A stretch of DNA of 64,000 nucleotides, from the NCBI RefSeq assembly GCF_001194135.2, contig NC_068996.1:22928359-22992358 (forward strand), read 5' to 3'. The position numbers were made by a program, and so were the translations under genes. The notes below the pieces were generated by a model. That model did not search any database. It saw only the letters and a program-made list of their open reading frames with translations, and was not told the DNA's origin. Positions within the stretch are counted from its first letter, which is position 1. The number at the start of each line of letters is the position of its first letter. Source of the DNA: Octopus bimaculoides (Eukaryota). Shown here in pieces: positions 12,610-25,664 of this stretch.

Positions 12610-14634
12610 TGTCATCCCTTCTCTTCTTTCTCTATATGACCTGTACTCAGTGACCCTCCTCTATTCCCTATATAACCTTCACTCAGTGTTCTCCCTCTCC
12701 TTCCTTTTCTACATTACTTTGACTTTAACATTCTCCCTCCCCTTCCTTTTCTATATTACTTTTGCTTTTTTCTGCATAACTTTCACTTTGAGTTCTTCAT
12801 CCCATTCCTTTTCAATATAACAATCTTCAGTTAGTGATCTCCCATGCTTTTTTTTTCTATAAAACACTTCACTCAAGTGTCCTCCCTTTCTTTCCCTTTC
12901 TATGTAAACATCATTCATTCTTATCATTCCTCTTCCATCTCTAAATAACTTTCATTGTGGTCTCTATCTCATTTATTTTCCATATAATACTCAGTTAATA
13001 TTCTTCTTCCAGTTCATTCTCTGTGTAACCTACCCTTTGGGTCTTCCCTCACTTCTTTTTTTCTATATAACCATCAGTTAGGTTCTCATTCCCCTTCTTA
13101 TTCTACACAACCTTCACTTAACATCTTCTTACACCTTCCCTTTCTATATAACGTTCACTCAATGATCTCACATTTATTTCCTACATAACGTTCACTCAGT
13201 GATCTCTTTCCCATACATTTTGCATATAACCTTCAATCAGTTTTCTCCCTCAACTCCCATTTCTATATAACTATCATTTAATGCTCTCCTTTTCTTTCAA
13301 TGTCTATATAACCATCACTTAATGTTTTTCCTCCCCTACACTCACTATTCTCCCTTCCCTTCCATTTCTATATAACTTTCACTCAGCCACCCCTTCTGCT
13401 TAATTTTCCATTTAGCCTTCATTCAGAATTCTCCCATCCCTTTTTTTTTCTAAATAACCTTCACTTAATGTTCTCCTTTCTCTTCCTTTTTTTCATATTA
13501 TGTCTACTTAGTAATCTTCCTCCCCTTCTTTTTCTACAAAATTTTACATTCCTCAATAACCTTCACTCAGTGAGCTGCCATCCATTTATTTTAAATATAA
13601 CTTTTATCCAGTATTCTCCATCACTTTCTATTCCTATATTACCTACACTCAACGATCTCGTCCTGTTTTTTTTTTTTACAACCCCCACTTTGTTTTCTAT
13701 ATAACCTCCACTCATAATGTTTCTTAAGTTTCTCCTCACCTTTTTCTATATAACAGTCACTTAATGAACTCCATTCTCTTCTTTATGCATATCACCTGCA
13801 TTTAGTGTTCTCTACTCCTCTTTTCCGTTTCTATATAATCTTCCTTAGTGTTTTCCATACAATTCGTTTTTCTCCAAAAGCATCAATCAGAGATCTCTCT
13901 TCCCTTCCATTTCTATATAACCATCACTATTACTTTCCTTCTTCCATTTGTTCCTGTCTATAACCATCATTTATGGATCACTCTCCTCTTCCTTTTCTAT
14001 ACAACCTTCATTTAATATTCTCCTCACCCTTTATTTTCTATATAAACTTTACTCAGTGTTCTCCCTCCCAGTGCTCTTTTATATAAACTAAACTTAATGG
14101 TCCCCTCCCCTCCTTTCCTATATATATCCTTCACTCAGTGATCTCCCCCCTATTTATTTCCTATATAACCTTCCCTTAGGGATCTCCCTCTCTTTCCTTT
14201 CCTACATAACCTTCACTTAATATTCTCCCTCCTATTTATTTTCTATATACCCTTCACTTAGTGTTTTCCTCACCTTTATTTTTTATATAACCTTCCCTCA
14301 GTATTCTCCCTCCCCTTCTTTTCCTATATAACTTGCATTCAGAGTTCTCCCTTCACTTTTTCTTCAATATAACCATCACATTATTGCCTCCTCACTCTTC
14401 AATTTCTATATAATGTTCAATCAGTAACCTCCCTTCTGTTTATTTTCTACATAACATTCACTGTCTTTTCCCTCCCCATTCTTTTCCATGTAGCTTTCAT
14501 TTAATGTTCTCCATGTTCTTCCTCCACAATGTAACCATCACTTAAGGTTTTCCATCACCTTTATTTCCTATGTAATCTTCACTCAGTGATATAATCCACT
14601 TCCTTTTCTATAGTACCTTCATTTAATATTGCTT

Positions 14635-15012
14635 TCAAATTCTGGCATAAGGCCTGACTTTTTTGGGTAGGGTTATGTTAATTACATTTGTCCCAGTACT
14701 CAACTAGTACAACTCAGAATGTAAACATGGATGAAATACTACTAAGCACTTTGCTTAACAAGCTAACAACTCTGTCAGCTTGCCACCTTAATAATAATGA
14801 TAGTAATCCTTTCTGCTATAGGCACAAGGCTTGAAATTTTGGGGGAGGTTAATTACATTGACCGGTGTTTCACTGGTGCTTAATTTATTGACCCTGAGAG
14901 GGTGACAGGCAAATCTGACCACGGCGGAATTTGAACTCAGAACACGTAGTGATGGGTGAAATACCACTAAGCATTTTGCCTGGTGTGCTAACAATTCTGC
15001 CAGCTTGCTGCC

Positions 15013-15015
<3 letters not shown>
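14635..15015 (-). mobile_element. Two SINE S2 copies
   Basis: Reverse-complement match to S2. Confidence 0.75.
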
Positions 15016-15064
<49 letters not shown>

Positions 15065-15065
<1 letters not shown>

Positions 15066-15905
15066 GCAGAAGAGAGAGGCAGAAAGTTTGTTAGTAGCTG
15101 CACAAGATAAGCATTAAGGACTAATTGGATAAAAGCCAAGATAGACAAAAACCAAGTGATCCATTGGGAGGTATGTAGAAAGCTAAGATTTGAATGTACT
15201 GATAAATGGTATGAACATGAACCTAGTAAAGTGCTAGAAAGTAAGAAGTAGAAGGTGCTGTGGGACTTTAACATTCAGACTGACAGAGTAATAGAAGCTA
15301 GAAAGCCTGATTTCATAGTAGTAGATAAAGACAATAGAAAGTGCCAGATGATTGACTTTACAGTCCCAAATGATGAAAACATGAAGATGGGAAGTATAGA
15401 AAAAATAGCAAAGTACCAGGACCTAACCAGTGAATTACAGAGACTATGGAAAGTGCAGGTCAAAATGTATCCCAGTAGTTATAAGTGCATTGAGAACTAT
15501 CCCTAAAGATCTGAACAGATGGACAGAGGAAAGATGGATAAAACCCAGTTTAGTACAGCTTCAAAAAACAGTGTTATTAGGGACAGGTAGGATACTTAGG
15601 AGGGTTTTTGGCATCTAAGGCTATTTGCTGTAACCCAATGGGAGGGTGCTTGGCATCTAAGGCTACTTGTTGTAGCCCAATGTTAGGATTCTTTTCTTTT
15701 CCAAGTCTAATCTGTTGAGTGTATATGAACAATAATAATAATAATAACAACAACAACAACGACGACGACGACAACAATAATAATAATAATAACGATAAGT
15801 GTTATTAGGGATAGCTAGAATACTTAAGGGGGTTAGCCTGATGTTAGGATATTTTTCTTTTCCAACAATCTACAGTGTAATCTGTTGTGTGTATATGAAA
15901 ATAAT
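15065..15905 (+). mobile_element. R4/Dong-clade non-LTR retrotransposon 3' fragment (RLE domain) with a duplicated 3' end
   Basis: WYEHEP.KVLE...VLWDFNIQTDRVIEARKPDFIVVDK....IDFTVPND...EKIAKYQDL..ELQRLW, then frameshifted PVVISAL.TIPK...LQKTVLLGT.RILRR; flanked by (TAA)n. Confidence 0.85.
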
Positions 15906-15939
15906 AATAATGATGATAATGATAATAATAATATTGGTT

Positions 15940-16135
15940 TTGTATTTTGGCACAAGGCCAGCAATTTCAGGAAGGGGTTAAGTCAATTACATTGACCCCA
16001 GTGCTCAACTGGTACTTATTTTATTGATCCTGAAGGTCAACCTCAATGCAAGTTGAACTCAGTATGTAAAAACAGATGAAATGCCACAAATCATTTTCGT
16101 CAGACAAGCTAATGATTCTGCTAATTCGCTGCCTA
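15940..16135 (-). mobile_element. SINE S2
   Basis: Reverse-complement match to S2. Confidence 0.7.
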
Positions 16136-16610
16136 CCTTCAGCTAATATTATCCTTAAACCCCATTTTCCTTATAACTTCCATGTAGTTTTCTTTCCTCC
16201 TCTCCATTGCATTTCTATAAAAATCTTCACACAATAATCTCCTAGTGTATTTTTTGTATAAACTTCACTTAATGTCTCTCTCAATATCTGTATAAGCTTC
16301 ACTGAGTGACCGCCCACCCCCTTCTTTTTTTTATATATATACTTTACTTTAGGTTCTCTCCCCACCTTTCATGTAACCTTTTACTTTATGTTCTCTCTCC
16401 CTTTCATTTTCTATTTATCATTCACTTCGGATTATACTCGACATCCTTTCCATAAACAATTATTTAATGTTCTCCCTTCTCTTAGTGTTCTTTCTCCCTG
16501 TCATTTTTTTTTATAACCTTTTCTTAGGGTCTTTATTCTCCATTCTTTTCAATATAACATTCACTTAATTTTCTCTCTTCCCTTTCTTTTCTATATACCA
16601 TTCACTCAGT

Positions 16611-16996
16611 GGAGGCGCAATGGCCCAGTGGTTAGGGCAGCAGACTCGCGGTCGTAGGATCATGGTTTCGATTCCCAGACCGGGCGTTGTGAGTGTTTAT
16701 TGAGCGAAAACACCTAAAGCTCCATGAGGCTCTGGCAGGGGATGGTGGCGAACCCTGCTGTACTCTTTCACCACAACTTTCTCTCACTCTTACTTCCTGT
16801 TTCTGTTGTGCCTGTAATTCAAAGGGCCAGCCTTGTCACACTGTGTCACGCTGAATATCCCCGAGAACTACGTTAAGGATACACGTGTCTGTGGAGTGCT
16901 CAGCCACTTGCACGTTAATTTCACGAGCAGGCTGTTCCATTGATCGGATCAACTGGAACCCTCAACGTCATAAGCGACGGAGTGCCAACAACAACA
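16611..16996 (+). mobile_element. tRNA(Arg)-like SINE family S3, young full-length copy inserted in the satellite
   Basis: Head ggcgcaatggcccagtggttagggcagcagactcgcggtc...gtttcgattccc (A/B boxes); (CAA)n tail; 14-bp TSD accattcactca(g/a)t at 16597-16610 and 16997-17010. Confidence 0.9.
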
Positions 16997-19479
16997 ACCA
17001 TTCACTCAATGATCTCTCTCATATTTATTTTCTATATAACTTGCACTCAGTATTTTCCCACCACTTCCTTTTTCATATAACCTTTACTCCATATTCATCC
17101 CTCCTCTTTATCTAGTTAACCTTCCCTTCACTTTTTCCCCTCACCTTCTTTTCAATATAACTTCCACTGAATGTGCTCCTTAACATTCTTTTCCCTGTAA
17201 CCTTTAGTCAGTGTTCTCCCTCTGCTTCCTTTTTTATATAACCTTCATTTAGTGATCTTCCACCCTTTTTTGCTCTATATACCCTTCATTCATTCTCCCT
17301 CCCCTTCCCTCTTTATGTAACCATCACTCATTGTTCTACTCACGGTGGTCTTCCTCTCATTTATTTCCTATATAACCTGCATTTAGTGTTCTCTTTCCTC
17401 TTCCTTTTACTATACAACCTTCACTTAATATTCTCCTCCTTCATTATTTTCTATATAACCCTCACTCAGTGTTCTCCCTCCCTTTCTTTCTCAAAATAAC
17501 TTCCACTTAATGATCTCCTCCCACTTCATTTTCTATATAACCTTTACTCAGTGTTCTCCCTGCCCTTCTTTTTTTTTATATAACCTTCACTTAGTATTCT
17601 CCCATCCCATCCTATTTAAACTTCACTCAGTGTTCTCCTATCCAACCATTTCTATATAAACCTTCAATCAGTGAATTTCCTCCCTTCCATTTTCTATGTA
17701 ACCTTCAATCAGTGTTCTTCTCCCGTCCTTTTTGTATATAACCTTCACTTTGCTTTCTCCCCTGCTTCATTTCACCTTTTTCTATAAAACTTTCACTCCA
17801 TATTTTTCCCTCCTCTTTATTCAGAGATCTTTCTTCCATTATTTTCTAAATAAACTTCTGTCAGTTCTATTCAACCAGCATTTAGTATTCTCCATTGCCT
17901 TCATTTTCTGTGCAACCTTCACTTTAGCTTCCCTCCACCTTCCTTTTCTATAAAACTTTCACTCAGATTTCTTCCTTCCTTCCTTTCCTTTTCCTATATA
18001 AACTTCACTTAGAGTTCTCGCTATTCTTTTCCATATAAACTTTAATCAGATTTCCCCCTCTCTTTCTTCATCAATATTAACTTTACCCATTATTCTCCCA
18101 TATTACCTTTACTCAATATTCTCCAATCTCCTTCCTCTTCTTTTTAACCTTCACTCAGTTTTCTTCCTCCCATTCCTCTTCAATATTACCTTCTCTCACT
18201 ATATACCCTCCCATTCCTCCTCTATATTACCTCCTCCACCCCTTCCTCTACTTTTTCATCTATATTATGTTCACTCAGTATTCTCCCTCTCCTTCCTCAA
18301 GTATTCTCCTTTTCCTTTGTCTTCAATATTACCTTCACTCTGTGCTGTCATTTCCCTCCCTCTTCTATATTACCATCACTCATATTCTTCCACCTCTTCT
18401 ATTTAACCTTCACTCAGTATTCTCACCCCTTTTACTTTTCTATATTACCTTCAATCGTTATTCTCCTCCTCTCCACTATTCTGTATTACTTACACTCAGT
18501 ATTCTCTCTTGCCTTCCTCTTCCATATTGCCATCACTCAGTATACTCCCTCCCATTTCTCTCATATATAACCTTCACATTTTTACTCCTCCTTCTATATT
18601 ATCTTCACTCAATATTCTTCCTCCCCTTCTTCTTCTATTTATTCAGTATTCTCCCTCCACTTCCTCTTTTATATTACTTTAAACTCATTTTTCCATCCTT
18701 TTCCTCTTCTGTACTACTTGCACTCAGTATTCTCCTTCTTCCTCCTCTTCAATATTGCCTTATCTCTGTATTCCCCATCTCCACCATTTACTTATCATTA
18801 CCTTTACTCATCATTCTCCTTTCCCTTCCTCTTCTATATAACATCCACCTAGTATTCTCCCCACCCAACTTCCTCTATATTACCTTCACTCATTCCCTTT
18901 CATCTTCAATATTACCCTCACTCAGTATTCACCCTTCCCTTCCTCTTTTATATAACTTTCACTCAGTATTCTCACACCCACCCTTCTATATTACCTTCCC
19001 TTTGTATTCTTCTGACTCTTCCTCATCAATATTACCTACACTCAGTACTCTCCGTCCCCCTCCTCTTTTATATAATTTTTCTCAGTCTTCTCCTACACCT
19101 TCCTCTACAATATTAAGTTCCCTCAGCATTCTCATGCCTTCACTCATTATTCTCTCTACCCTTCCTTTTTTATACTACCTTCACTCAGTATTCTCCCTAC
19201 CCACACTATTCTATATAATCTTCCCCCAATATTCTCTCCACTTTTCATTCTTTACTCAATATTCTCCCTACCCTTCCTCTTTTATATTAGCTTTACACAT
19301 TCTTCTTCCTCTCCCCCCTCTTCTATATTACCTGCAGTCTGTATACTCCTTCCTTTTCCCCTTATATATCACCTTCACTCAGTATTCTTGAAGCCCTTCA
19401 TCTTCTATATTACTTTCACTCATTTTACTCCCTCCTGATTCTCTTCTATTTTACCTTCACTCAGTTTTCTTCCACCCCA

Positions 19480-19935
19480 GACATTCAAGCGAGATCGTTG
19501 CCAGTGCTGCTGGACTGGCTCCAATGCAGGACACAAAATTTGGCTTGTGAAGACCTGTTGGGGCAAGCGAAATCGCGACGGCACCTGTGCCCAGCGTCGC
19601 CTTCCTGGCACTCGTGCCGGTGGCATGTGTTAAGACATTCGAGCAAGATCGTTGCCAGTGCCGCCGAACTGGCTCCTGTGCAGGTGGCACGTAAAATACA
19701 CCATTTCGAGCGTGGCCGTTGCCAGTACCGCCTGACTGGCTTTCATGCGGGTGACACGTAAAAGCACCCACTACACTCTCGGAGTGGTTGGCGTTAGGAA
19801 GGGCATCCAGCTGTAGAAACTCTGCCAAATCAGATTGGAGCCTGGAGTAGCCATCTGGTTTCACCAGTCCTCAGTCAAATCGTCCAACCCATGCTAGCAT
19901 GGAAAGCAGACATTAAACAACGATGATGATGATTC
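19480..19935 (+). mobile_element. RTE LINE 3' UTR copy inserted in the satellite
   Basis: GC-rich modules, ggaagggcatcc module and (GAT)n tail. Confidence 0.8.
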
Positions 19936-20473
19936 ACTTATTATTCTCTCTCCCCTTCCTGTTTTATTTTACCTTTACACATTTTTCTCCTTATCTTTCC
20001 TCTTCTTTATTTACATTCCTCCAGCATTCTCCCTCTCCTTTGTCTTCTATATTATCACCACAGTATTCTCTCTCCTCCTCTTCTTCTGTATTACCTTCAC
20101 TCAGTAGTCTTCCTCCCATTCTTCTATATCACCTCCACTCAGTATTCTCCCTCCCTTTCCACTTCTATATAACCTTCATTCAGTATTCTCCTTCTCCACC
20201 TTCTTCTTTATTACTTCCACTCAATATTCTCCCTCTCCTTCCTCTTCTATATTACCTTCACTTAGTATTCTTCCTCCTGTTCCTCTTCTGAATTACCTTC
20301 ATTCATTATTCTTCCTCTTCTATATTACCTTCACTTAATATTCTCCCCACCACCACCACCACCACCACACCTTCATCTATATGACCGTTACAGTATGTTT
20401 TTCTTTTACCTTCTTTATATAACCTTCCCCTAGGATTCTCCTTTTTCTCCCTTTTCTATATCTTCATTTAGAC

Positions 20474-20723
20474 CAGTGGCTGTCAACTGAGGTCCACATG
20501 ACCTTTGGGTGTCCATAGAAGATTTTGTTCTTAAAATCTATGTGCAATGAATTGATTATATTTCTACAATATACAAAATATTTTAACAATTATTTTTATA
20601 CAATTCCTAATATTTAATTATAAAAACATAATAGGGTTAAACTTTGATTGGATAGGGGGGGGCCTGTCCAAGTAAAACAGGGATCAAAAGGATTTATAAG
20701 TAAAAAATGGTTGAGAACCACTG
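20474..20723. mobile_element. hAT-type MITE
   Basis: TIRs cagtggctgtcaac / gttgagaaccactg; degenerate 8-bp TSD atttagac / atttaagc. Confidence 0.75.
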
Positions 20724-20904
20724 ATTTAAGCCATTCTGTATTTTTTTTTTTTTAATGATATAATCCAGTGTTTGGTTTTCTCATTTTCTCATGTCTACAT
20801 TCTGCCATTCATGGATCTCATTCCACTTCTGTCTTCATAATTTTGATTCAGTGCTTTCCCACATGTTCTCTGTGTGTATACTTTTTCTCAGTATATTCTT
20901 TTAT

Positions 20905-21115
20905 TCTTTTACTTGTTTCAGTCATTTGACTGTGGCCATGCTGGAGCACCATCTTTAGTCGAAAAAATCAACCCCAGGACTTATTCTTTGTAAGCCTAGT
21001 ACTTATTTTATCGGTCTCTTTTGCCAAACCGCTAAGTTACGGAGGCATAAACACACCAACATCAGTTGTCAAATGATGGAGGGGGACAAACACAGACACA
21101 ATTACATGCATACAC
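20905..21115 (-). mobile_element. SINE S1 3' half (runs into the assembly gap)
   Basis: Reverse-complement match to the 62230-62421 tail. Confidence 0.75.
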
Positions 21116-21939
21116 ATATACACAAACACACACATATATGTATATGTATATNNNNNNNNNNNNNNNNNNNNNNNNNNNNNNNNNNNNNNNNNNNNNNNNN
21201 NNNNNNNNNNNNNNNNNNNNNNNNNNNNNNNNNNNNNNNNNNNNNNNNNNNNNNNNNNNNNNNNNNNNNNNNNNNNNNNNNNNNNNNNNNNNNNNNNNNN
21301 NNNNNNNNNNNNNNNNNNNNNNNNNNNNNNNNNNNNNNNNNNNNNNNNNNNNNNNNNNNNNNNNNNNNNNNNNNNNNNNNNNNNNNNNNNNNNNNNNNNN
21401 NNNNNNNNNNNNNNNNNNNNNNNNNNNNNNNNNNNNNNNNNNNNNNNNNNNNNNNNNNNNNNNNNNNNNNNNNNNNNNNNNNNNNNNNNNNNNNNNNNNN
21501 NNNNNNNNNNNNNNNNNNNNNNNNNNNNNNNNNNNNNNNNNNNNNNNNNNNNNNNNNNNNNNNNNNNNNNNNNNNNNNNNNNNNNNNNNNNNNNNNNNNN
21601 NNNNNNNNNNNNNNNNNNNNNNNNNNNNNNNNNNNNNNNNNNNNNNNNNNNNNNNNNNNNNNNNNNNNNNNNNNNNNNNNNNNNNNNNNNNNNNNNNNNN
21701 NNNNNNNNNNNNNNNNNNNNNNNNNNNNNNNNNNNNNNNNNNNNNNNNNNNNNNNNNNNNNNNNNNNNNNNNNNNNNNNNNNNNNNNNNNNNNNNNNNNN
21801 NNNNNNNNNNNNNNNNNNNNNNNNNNNNNNNNNNNNNNNNNNNNNNNNNNNNNNNNNNNNNNNNNNNNNNNNNNNNNNNNNNNNNNNNNNNNNNNNNNNN
21901 NNNNNNNNNNNNNNNNNNNNNNNNNNNGCATGATCGTTA

Positions 21940-22415
21940 TCAATGTCGCCTTCCTGGCACTTGTGCCAGTGGCACGTGAAAAGACATTCGAGCGAGATCA
22001 TTGCCAGTGCCGATGGACTGGCTCCTGTGCAGATGGCATGTAAAATACACCATTTCGAGTGTGGCCATTGCCAGTACTGCCTGACTGGCCCTCGTGCCAG
22101 TGGCATGTAAAAGCACCCACTACACTCTTGGAGTGGTTGGCATTAGGAAGGGCATCCAGCTGTAGAAACTCTGCCAAATCAGATTGGAGCCTTGTGTCAC
22201 CTCCTGGTTCATCAGTCCTCAGTCAAATCGTCCAACCCATGCTAGCATGGAAAGCGGACGTTAAACGATGATGATGATGATGATGTGGCTTCTTCCAGTT
22301 TTCCATCTACCAAATCCACTCACAAGGTTTTGGTTGGGCTGAAGCCCAAGGTGCCATGCAGTAGGACTGAACCTGGAAGCATGTGGTTGGGAAGCGAGCT
22401 TCTTACCACACAGCC
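21940..22415 (+). mobile_element. RTE 3' UTR copy (+) followed by a SINE S1 head (-)
   Basis: Module and tail matches as for the other copies. Confidence 0.75.
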
Positions 22416-22919
22416 ACGTCTGCGTCAATATAATAATGTAGACAACTAAGCATATTCTCATTCATCATCTTTCTTTCCTTCAGCTTTCAGTTTTTACAAT
22501 CATTGAACAACGGCCATGCTGGGTTACTTCCCTGAAGGTTTTAGCTGAATGAATTCACCTCAGTACCAATATTCTTTTTAAAACCCAGTTTATTCTATTG
22601 ATCTCTAATGCCAAACTGCTATTTAAAAAACCAAATCTGGTTGCTAAATAGTGGTCAGTGGCAAACACAAAGACAATAACACATATATATACACACACAC
22701 AATGGGCTTCTTTCTGTTTTTGTCTACCAAAGATGCTCACAAGGCTTTGGGCAGTTCAATGCTATTGTAGATAACACATACTGGAACATATTTCTTTTCT
22801 TCAAAATGGGACAGAGATTTTTTTGTTGCAAGTGTGAGTGGTGGTGATGGTGAAAGAAGTTACTACTACTACTACAACTATTATTATTATTATTATTACT
22901 ATTCTTCTTATTATTATTG

Positions 22920-24100
22920 TTAAGGTGGCGAGCAGGCAGAATTGTTAGCACATTGGGCAAAATGTTTAGAGGTATTTTATCTGTCTAAACATTCTGAGTT
23001 CATATTCTGCTGAGGTCAACTTTGCCTTTCATCCTTTTGGGGTCAATAAATTAAGCACCAATGAAATACTGCAGTTGATATAATCGAGTAGTCACCTCCC
23101 CACCAAATTTCAGGCCTTGTGCCTTTAGTAGAAAATATCATTATCATTATTATTATTATTATTGTTGAAAAGGTGGTGAGCTGGCAGAATCATTATCATG
23201 TTGAGCAAAATGTTTAGCAGTATTTCACCTGTCTTAACATTCTGAGTTCATATCCTGTCGAGGTCAACTTTGCCTTTGATCCTTTCAGGGTCAATAAATT
23301 GAGAACCAGTCAAATATTGAGGTTAATGTAATTGATTATCTCCCTTCCCACAAATTCCAGGCCTTGTGCCTATAGTAGAAAGGATTATTATTATTATCAT
23401 CATGCAGCAAGGTGGTAGAATCATTCATGCTCCAGAGAAAATGCTAAGTGGCCTTTCTTCTGACTCTTTACATTGTAAGTTCAAATCCTGCTAAGTTCTA
23501 CTCAGGCTTTTATCTTTCAGGGGTGAATAAAATAAAGTACCAGTCAAGAACTGTATTGATGTAACTGACTAACCCCTAACACCCTGTAAAACTGCTGGCC
23601 TTGTGCCAAAACTTTTAGCAATTAATATTATTATAATTAAGGTAGGGAGCTGGCAAAATCAGTAGCATGCAGGACAAAATGCCTCTTATCATTTTGTCTG
23701 GTTTCATTCTGAGTTCAAACCATGCCAAGGTCAACTTTGCCTTTCATTCTTTTGGGGTCCATAAGATAAGTACATCTTGAGCCCTGGTCCCTCCAGGTCT
23801 TGTGTCCATAGTAGAAAGAATTATTATTATCATTAAGGTGAGGAGTTGGCAGAAGCTTTAGCACAGAAATAATGATCAGCAGTATATTTTCTGATTCATT
23901 ATATTCCGAATTCTAATTCCACAAAGGTCAACTTTGACTTTCATTCTTTCAGGACCAATAAGATGAAATGTTATTCAAGAACAAAGATTAATGCAAACGG
24001 CTTACTCTTTTACCTCAAATTGATGACCTGCTGCCAAAGTTTGAGAACATTATAAAAGCAGTGAACCGGCAGAATACTTAGCACACCAGAAAATGCTTAA
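22920..24100 (+). mobile_element. Head-to-tail cluster of about six SINE S2 copies separated by (ATT)n
   Basis: Repeated gagctggcagaa heads near 22925, 23175, 23410, 23645, 23840 and 24060. Confidence 0.85.
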
Positions 24101-25664
24101 TGGGTTAATTTTTCTCTCATCATTTCTATTCTATGTTACCTTCACTCACTATTCTCCTCCTATGTTCCCTTCACTCAGTACTCTCCCTCCCTTATGTTAG
24201 CTTCATTCAGTATTCTCCCTCTCCTTCTATGTTACATTCACTCAGTATTCTCCCTCTCTTTCCTCTTTGACATTATCATCACTCAGTATTCTCCCTCTCC
24301 TTCATTTCCCATGTCACTTTCACTCAGTATTCTCCCTCTCCTTCCCATTTCATATTACTTTCACTCAATATTCCCCCTCTCCTATATTACCTTCACTCAG
24401 TATTCTTCCTCTCTTATATAAACATCACTCAGTATTCTCCCTCTCCTTCGTTTCCCATGTTACCTTCACTCAGTATTCTTCCTCTCCTATATAACCATCA
24501 CTCAGCANNNNNNNNNNNNNNNNNNNNNNNNNNNNNNNNNNNNNNNNNNNNNNNNNNNNNNNNNNNNNNNNNNNNNNNNNNNNNNNNNNNNNNNNNNNNN
24601 NNNNNNNNNNNNNNNNNNNNNNNNNNNNNNNNNNNNNNNNNNNNNNNNNNNNNNNNNNNNNNNNNNNNNNNNNNNNNNNNNNNNNNNNNNNNNNNNNNNN
24701 NNNNNNNNNNNNNNNNNNNNNNNNNNNNNNNNNNNNNNNNNNNNNNNNNNNNNNNNNNNNNNNNNNNNNNNNNNNNNNNNNNNNNNNNNNNNNNNNNNNN
24801 NNNNNNNNNNNNNNNNNNNNNNNNNNNNNNNNNNNNNNNNNNNNNNNNNNNNNNNNNNNNNNNNNNNNNNNNNNNNNNNNNNNNNNNNNNNNNNNNNNNN
24901 NNNNNNNNNNNNNNNNNNNNNNNNNNNNNNNNNNNNNNNNNNNNNNNNNNNNNNNNNNNNNNNNNNNNNNNNNNNNNNNNNNNNNNNNNNNNNNNNNNNN
25001 NNNNNNNNNNNNNNNNNNNNNNNNNNNNNNNNNNNNNNNNNNNNNNNNNNNNNNNNNNNNNNNNNNNNNNNNNNNNNNNNNNNNNNNNNNNNNNNNNNNN
25101 NNNNNNNNNNNNNNNNNNNNNNNNNNNNNNNNNNNNNNNNNNNNNNNNNNNNNNNNNNNNNNNNNNNNNNNNNNNNNNNNNNNNNNNNNNNNNNNNNNNN
25201 NNNNNNNNNNNNNNNNNNNNNNNNNNNNNNNNNNNNNNNNNNNNNNNNNNNNNNNNNNNNNNNNNNNNNNNNNNNNNNNNNNNNNNNNNNNNNNNNNNNN
25301 NNNNNNNNNNNNNNNNNNNNNNNNNNNNNNNNNNNNNNNNNNNNNNNNNNNNNNNNNNNNNNNNNNNNNNNNNNNNNNNNNNNNNNNNNNNNNNNNNNNN
25401 NNNNNNNNNNNNNNNNNNNNNNNNNNNNNNNNNNNNNNNNNNNNNNNNNNNNNNNNNNNNNNNNNNNNNNNNNNNNNNNNGAATAAATTTGAACTTATTG
25501 TTATTATCATTATTTTTCAAGTTGCAAAAAAAAAAAAAAAGAAAAAGTTTATATCTTTTAAACAAATATCTCACTTGAGATCATTGCCAAACATACAAAT
25601 TATCAATTGCATCATTCTGATTGATGTTATTCATTATGAACATAAAAATTAGTAGGCATAGGAT

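Larger units (their letters stand above)
9215..24507. repeat. Degenerate ~41-bp pyrimidine-rich satellite, in interrupted blocks (about 9215-9835, 10210-10460, 11025-11200, 12610-14635, 16150-16610, 16997-19480, 19935-20470, 24105-24507)
   Basis: Unit approx tattctccctctccttcctcttctata(t/a)(t/a)accttcactcag; 41-nt period counted at 17429-17510 and 20225-20306. Confidence 0.9.

Noticed and set aside
16611-16690. tRNA-Arg-like gene
   Set aside because: It is the head of a SINE with body, tail and TSD; no complete acceptor stem. The same applies to the S1 and S2 heads.
18267-19391. 374-aa plus-strand ORF, the longest gap-free ORF in the track
   Set aside because: It is a translation of the pyrimidine-rich satellite, where stops are scarce by composition; low-complexity L/S/F/P/Y with no domain.
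9215-24507. CRISPR-like periodic array
   Set aside because: Eukaryotic context, degenerate units, no unique spacers and no cas genes; it is a satellite.
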